In this document: positions 60,701 to 64,000 of the stretch, piece after piece
Numbering within the stretch: position 1 is the stretch's first letter
Layout: every line of letters starts with the position of its first letter
Assembly (NCBI GenBank): GCA_951406725.2
Contig: OX597831.1
Span: 53,072,001-53,136,000 of the forward strand
Length of the DNA: 64,000 nt
Origin: Octopus vulgaris
Lineage: Eukaryota
Direction of reading: 5' to 3'
Notes under the pieces: generated by a model
What the model was told of the DNA's origin: nothing
Seen by the model: the letters and a program-made list of their open reading frames with translations, nothing else
The model's database searches: none
Program-made: the position numbers and the translations under genes

Positions 60701-63512
60701 TAAGTAAAACATCTGACAGCCTTGTCTCATGGGTATATTACCTGCTATAGCTTATTGTTTTATCTTGTTGGAGATTGGTATTTCATCTGTTTAAGACTAT
60801 GGAAGTGGAGTTAGTGATGAAATAAATATAGTTTATGAAGAAATTTACTTCAGTAACTTCATATGGAAAACTTACGATTCAGTACTATACTGAATATGTT
60901 GAATTCTCTCTGATTATAGATCCTTATATTCCACATTTATGTTTACATGCTATGGCTAGGTGCAGGTATGGTGGTGTAGTCAAAAAGCTGTGAAGGTGTA
61001 AAAACATCATATCAACCCAGTGCTTCCCTGTAATGGACTGTCAGTCCCATTGCCCAGCATCTTGGACAAGTGTCTTCTACTATTGCTCTGTGTTCATTAA
61101 TGCCTTGTGTGTGAATTTGGTAGACAGAAACTGTGTTTGAACTGTGTTCAAATTCTGCCGAGGTCGACTTTGCCTTTCATCCTTTTGGGGGTCGATTAAA
61201 TAAGTACCAGTTACACACTGGGGTCGATATAATCGACTTAATCCGTTTGTCTGTCCTTGTTTGTCCCCTCTGTGTGTAGCTCCTTGTGGGAAGTAAAAGA
61301 AATAAGAAACTGTGTTTGAACCTGTTGTATATATATTGAGCATTCTAAGATAAGGTTTTGGCTTTAGAATATTCCCAGGGTTATCTCTCTTCAGTGCCTC
61401 CTATTAGGAAGGCTAAGGAGCCAGAAATGCATCTGAGAGTCCATTAGAGGAAAGCACTGGGTAGATATGATGTTTTTACACCTTTTACTGTAAGAGAGAA
61501 TGTTTTCTCCATGTGAATTTACCTTTAAAAGTTAAAATATGTTACAAGCATATTTTAATAAACCTAAAGTTCATTTATTCCTCATCACTGCTTAGTGCTG
61601 ATACTATTGTGTTTATTCTGAGTAGAAATGTGTGTGTCTTTGTGTTTGTGAATGTTCTCCACCATCAATTGATGACAAGTGTTGGTTTGTTTACATCCCC
61701 GTAACTTAGTGATTTGGCAAAATAGAATGATAAAATAAGTTCTCAACTTAAAAAAAAGTAAACACTGGGGTCAACTATTTGACTACAACTGCGGCCCCAG
61801 CATGGCCAGAGTCCAATGAGTGAAACAAGTAAAAGAAATATGTTCTAATAAAAACCTCAAAGTATCTATTTTGTTACTGTGGATGTTATGGGACTTCTTA
61901 CAGTTGATAATATTACTAACACTGGTAAAATAAGCATTAGTAATATGCTAGAGTTGATTCAGTTAATAGTACACTCTCCGACCCTGCAAAATTTGCCTTT
62001 GTTTTCATTCAAAAGAAATTAACTTAAACACTGTATGTACCACTGTGACTTATTGATGTTTTAAAAGAAAAATGTATTTAAAAAATTTATTTTTTTCTAT
62101 TTCATTTCATTAAAGTGATTCTGACAAACCTCCAAGCACATTTTATATACTACGTGTAACTTCAAAACCACCTTGTTTGGTGTTGCGGCTTGCATTCCTT
62201 GGTGGAACAGCTGGACATGAACGGCATGCAGTTGTAGCCGAACTAAGAGAAGAAATCCTCAAGTTGAAACTACCAAGAGGACCTCATAAATCCTCTGGAT
62301 TGCGGTTATCTCTTGAAAGGAGAAAACAAGTCCAAGGCATACCATTGGATTTAACCAACCAGAAAGAGGATGACCTTTCCAGTGCCAAACCATCCAAAAT
62401 GAGTACTCAGCTAAACAGAAAGCAAACCACAGAAGTCAAATGTTGTGTTGTGTTGAGTAAACCAGTAGAGAAAATTTTAATCAGGTTAGTTTTCTACATC
62501 ATCATCATCATCATCATCATCGTTTAACGTCCGCTTTCCATGCTAGCATGGGTTGGACGGTTCAACTGGGGTCTGGCAAGCTTGAAGACTGCACCAGGCC
62601 AGTCAGATCTGGCAGTGTTTCTACAGCTGGATGCCCTTCCTAACGCCATTCCTATTTATATTTATTTATATATTCCTTTGTTATTTTATTTGTTTTAGAC
62701 ATTGGACTAATTATTTAACTAAATTCCTGTATTAATTTTGAATTAATTGAAACAAAAATTTCATGAGAAACAAGGTCCTGAAAGAGTTAAGGTAACCTGT
62801 TTTCTCTTTCACTTAGTTTCATAAATGAAGGTGTGGCTATGTGGTTAAGATACTTGTTTCCTATCCATGTGATCTTTGGTTCAATCCCATTGTGTGGCAC
62901 TTTGAGTAAAATGTTTTAATGTAGAGAAATCTAGTTAATTAACCGTGGAGATTAACCCTTTAGCATTTAGATTATTCTGTCAAATGTAATGCTTATTTAT
63001 TCACATTGTTTTGAATTAATCATGAATTATCTTGTGGCTTCAAGATTTTGATGATCTGATTGTATATATCTAGAAGACATTGTATGGTAGGTGTGAGAGG
63101 CTGTGTCTGGCCAGTTTGAACCTAAAACAAGTAGAATATTTGAGCCAAATATGACTGGTTTAATGAAAATACATAAATATAAAGTTTTAAAATTAATTTT
63201 CCCATCTCATTAACATTATAGTCACTGATCTTCCGACATAAAAATATGCAAAATAATAATAATTCATAAAAACTTTTTTCTTTTAAGATATGAAAGAGTT
63301 CCTCATGATCTAAGTGTTGTGGACGATCCAGCTCGTGAGATTCCTCGTCATACATCAGATGCTGCTGAGAAAGCCAGCCGTTCAGTGGCTGCAATGTTCA
63401 ACACAATGTCACGGTACCTCTACCACAGGCGATGGATTTGGAGTATCCAGCATGGTCGTGTACCTTTAATGCCTACACCTATGGTGGGGCGTATGTTGTC
63501 CACTTTGGCCAA
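28979..63512 (+). CDS. SZT2: KICSTOR complex protein SZT2, 5' part (17 exons, 2597 nt, about 865 aa; gene continues beyond the window)
   Basis: join(28979..29020,37855..37983,40731..40910,44275..44352,44567..44659,45833..45967,49341..49521,50835..51055,51596..51741,53004..53158,53950..54046,57001..57135,57897..58022,59334..59399,60426..60644,62116..62484,63288..63512). One open frame with GT-AG introns. Motifs LLMKKEYRISRNIR, LDLSPS, GILALQLLP, VTDG, ELMKFIATATFG, RLREGY, LHTPNSNG and SRYLYHRRW match SZT2. Confidence 0.96.
31219..31590 (+). mobile_element. SINE family A
   Basis: Head and tail as at 5892. Confidence 0.85.
32208..32601 (+). mobile_element. SINE family A
   Basis: Complete head, body and tail. 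Confidence 0.88.
32688..33095 (+). mobile_element. Penelope-like element RT fragment with a 125-bp inverted duplication
   Basis: The spacer translates LGIEDRVEALMKKEAFIMIEDHKPNF, resembling the AFITLKDHKxNF motif of Penelope-like RTs. Arms are 32688-32812 and 32971-33095. Confidence 0.7.
33570..33910 (+). mobile_element. RTE LINE reverse-transcriptase fragment
   Basis: FGF...AIFSVRQLQEK, LAFIDLEKAFDRV and VGVHQG motifs, decayed. Confidence 0.85.
35070..35428 (+). repeat. Local duplication, copy 1 (about 360 bp)
   Basis: Roughly 90% identical (by eye) to 41538-41895, including the non-SINE flank. Confidence 0.9.
37855..37983 (+). CDS. SZT2: SZT2 exon 2
   Basis: Acceptor tttttcag; SAPEAKEIYLLMKKEYRISRNIRATWYFNHLNTTMTFVPPVSL; donor gtaagt (an alternative donor gtaagc follows 37974). 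Confidence 0.93.
38178..38561 (+). mobile_element. SINE family A (young, near consensus)
   Basis: Intact A/B boxes, CACCTTGGGCAAGTGTC core and tail. Confidence 0.9.
40000..40550 (-). mobile_element. RTE-derived 3' element
   Basis: (CAT)n tail followed by the reverse complement of the RTE 3'UTR. Confidence 0.75.
40731..40910 (+). CDS. SZT2: SZT2 exon 3
   Basis: SDLSSEELIVLSVIPE...TKVIFMSTQYRIAFALDLSPSVSSL; donor gtaagt. Confidence 0.93.
41538..41895 (+). repeat. Local duplication, copy 2 (about 360 bp)
   Basis: Direct copy of 35070-35428. Confidence 0.9.
41897..42790 (+). mobile_element. RTE LINE endonuclease/linker fragment
   Basis: [46 protein letters not shown] and VTWW motifs. Confidence 0.88.
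43030..43376 (+). mobile_element. RTE-derived 3' element
   Basis: LGLTEAM region plus the 3'UTR and (GAT)n tail. Confidence 0.8.
44275..44352 (+). CDS. SZT2: SZT2 exon 4
   Basis: DLCSGRVLWDDVYTSLKNCLTGLVQP; ttttag / gtaagt. Confidence 0.93.
44567..44659 (+). CDS. SZT2: SZT2 exon 5
   Basis: FCSPGSDLALTPSLYVTVVAYTPLIACRNNF; ttgcag / gtaagt. Confidence 0.93.
45833..45967 (+). CDS. SZT2: SZT2 exon 6
   Basis: VLCQGVLVTRKNLKTILGELHRMLKEFENAVSKHFASLVTLQMNS; ttatag / gtgagt. Confidence 0.92.
46010..46240 (-). mobile_element. TTAA-type (piggyBac-like) MITE
   Basis: TTAACCCTTTAACAT ... ATGTTAAAAGGTTAA termini. Confidence 0.8.
46557..46999 (-). mobile_element. Young 5'-truncated RTE-X-like LINE
   Basis: Open frame VEPILLYGSETW...FAGHCCR... 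with a (GAT)n tail; 12-bp target duplication ACACCCTAACCA at 46545-46556 and 47000-47011. Confidence 0.9.
49341..49521 (+). CDS. SZT2: SZT2 exon 7
   Basis: HELSEVASLNDIP...PEHGFVNVLRFGILALQLLPENASA(G); gtatag / gtactg. Confidence 0.9.
50835..51055 (+). CDS. SZT2: SZT2 exon 8
   Basis: IAVVTDGMVGLPD...QLRNSTIACSF...FGRVPHTELMKFIATATFGGY; ttttag / gtaagt. Confidence 0.95.
51596..51741 (+). CDS. SZT2: SZT2 exon 9
   Basis: KNSGNELNVYHKAFFLWSFQKG...SWVG(R); ctttag / gtacaa. Confidence 0.92.
52571..52799 (-). mobile_element. TTAA-type (piggyBac-like) MITE
   Basis: TTAATCCTTCAGCATTCA ... TGAATGCTAAAGGGTTAA termini. Confidence 0.82.
53004..53158 (+). CDS. SZT2: SZT2 exon 10
   Basis: LLTHPV...VRKKHKEVNLQTTISGVLSLRLREGYTIKEVNLIK(G); ttgtag / gtatgt. 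Confidence 0.94.
53950..54046 (+). CDS. SZT2: SZT2 exon 11
   Basis: ESQIEVRLLLPWREYARIEYIATASWPLSPN(K); cttaag / gtaagc. Confidence 0.94.
54676..54780 (-). ncRNA. Hammerhead ribozyme-like motif (type I, Penelope-type)
   Basis: Minus strand: CTGAAGA, a hairpin of about 70 nt, then GAAAC GATC GTA GTGG. Stem-loop III is palindromic (ACGATCGT); stem I is weak. Confidence 0.55.
55958..56343 (-). mobile_element. SINE family A
   Basis: Reverse complement of the consensus. Similar minus copies at about 33210-33470, 45212-45602, 48432-49025 and 58147-58546. Confidence 0.85.
56680..56820. mobile_element. Palindromic TTAA-flanked MITE
   Basis: TGTTAACCTTTAGCATGCT ... AGCATGCTAAAAGTTAACA termini and an internal GAGTTTTCTCCCCT/AGGGGAGAAAACTC inverted pair. 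Confidence 0.75.
57001..57135 (+). CDS. SZT2: SZT2 exon 12
   Basis: RYTRVEIIIEGSYDFLHEMTC...SPFRTAHVKKYWQSLQ(N); atttag / gtgagt. Confidence 0.94.
57897..58022 (+). CDS. SZT2: SZT2 exon 13
   Basis: LMQTDQLLVHLHSFSSNAVNYTVPKTLKNGLPLLPAEYSLQ(Q); tttcag / gttagt. Confidence 0.88.
59334..59399 (+). CDS. SZT2: SZT2 exon 14
   Basis: DPSLNELIKFWNPIASLDINI(W); ttgcag / gttagt. Confidence 0.88.
60426..60644 (+). CDS. SZT2: SZT2 exon 15
   Basis: QKWMHTHRIGIILRHDTPLKKYLHTPNSNGYFQSVHC...WCTFVLMENHS...; ttcaag / gtaagt. Confidence 0.95.
62116..62484 (+). CDS. SZT2: SZT2 exon 16
   Basis: DSDKPPSTFYILRVTSKPPCLVLRLAFLGGT...LREEILKLKLP...CCVVLSKPVEKILI(R); taaag / gttagt. Confidence 0.95.
62497..62649 (-). 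mobile_element. RTE 3' tail insertion
   Basis: (CAT)n followed by a near-consensus RTE 3'UTR end, 12 nt after the SZT2 exon 16 boundary. Confidence 0.8.
62953..63165 (+). mobile_element. TTAA-type (piggyBac-like) MITE
   Basis: Starts TTAACCCTTTAGCATTTAGATT; body matches 20342 and 52571. Confidence 0.78.
63288..63512 (+). CDS. SZT2: SZT2 exon 17
   Basis: YERVPHDL...MSRYLYHRRWIWS...GRMLSTLA(K); tttaag / gttagt. Confidence 0.94.
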
Positions 63513-64000
63513 GTTAGTCTTTTGTGTTTTTTTTATTTTTATCATGACTTTACTACTTTGTCTTTCATCTTTTGGGAGCCCATAAATAAATTTCTTGTCC
63601 AGAACATTAGATTAGTGGGATTTTAAAACATCATGTTTTGTGCATTCTAGATTTGCATCCCACTTCCTGTTACTGGTCAACCACAAGATTCAGATCTTGT
63701 TAAAGTGTAGTGGTTTGTGTGCCTCAATGATATTAAGAGCTATGCCATTGACATGAAAGCTCTTACCATGCTAAACATTTCAAAGGATAGAGGCTGGACT
63801 AATGTAAAAATAGGTTTCTGTCAGGCCAACACTCCTACCTAGCAAAAAAGCTAAGTTACAGAAGTAGCAGTGATATTACAAAATCAACAAGATCTGGCAA
63901 TCAGATTGATCAGCTGAGGTGCTTGGGGACTTAATGGACTTCTTAAGCTTGTCCTGGTTTTTGTTGGGTCTTGTTGGACTCATTTTTTTCTCCTTACCTC

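Noticed and set aside
58023-63518. Four GTTAGT donors in SZT2 suggesting minor-spliceosome introns
   Set aside because: U12 donors are RTATCCTT; GTTAGT is an ordinary U2 variant.

Overview
AT-rich, repeat-dense animal genomic DNA. The SINE, RTE-LINE and (TA)/(CA)/(GAT) microsatellite landscape suggests an octopus or other coleoid cephalopod (inference). Two intron-rich genes are arranged head-to-head with only 249 bp between their ATGs. The first is a complete MED8 (Mediator subunit 8; minus strand, 7 core exons, 654-28729, 247 aa). The second is the first 17 exons (about 865 codons) of SZT2 (KICSTOR scaffold; plus strand, 28979 to beyond the window end). Human MED8 and SZT2 are also divergent neighbours. 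Introns are filled with tRNA-derived SINEs, RTE/RTE-X LINE fragments, mariner/Tc1 copies, MITEs and Penelope-like remnants. The most notable candidates are: (1) three frame-preserving cassette exons/microexons (21, 21 and 54 nt, each with a TGC near the acceptor) inside the 16-kb MED8 intron 4; (2) the compact MED8-SZT2 bidirectional promoter; (3) a Penelope-type hammerhead ribozyme motif in SZT2 intron 11; (4) a 125-bp inverted repeat in SZT2 intron 1; (5) a PHD-type zinc finger inside an RTE reverse transcriptase. Gene models were built by eye from splice signals, phase continuity and recalled similarity to the human proteins. No transcript evidence was available.
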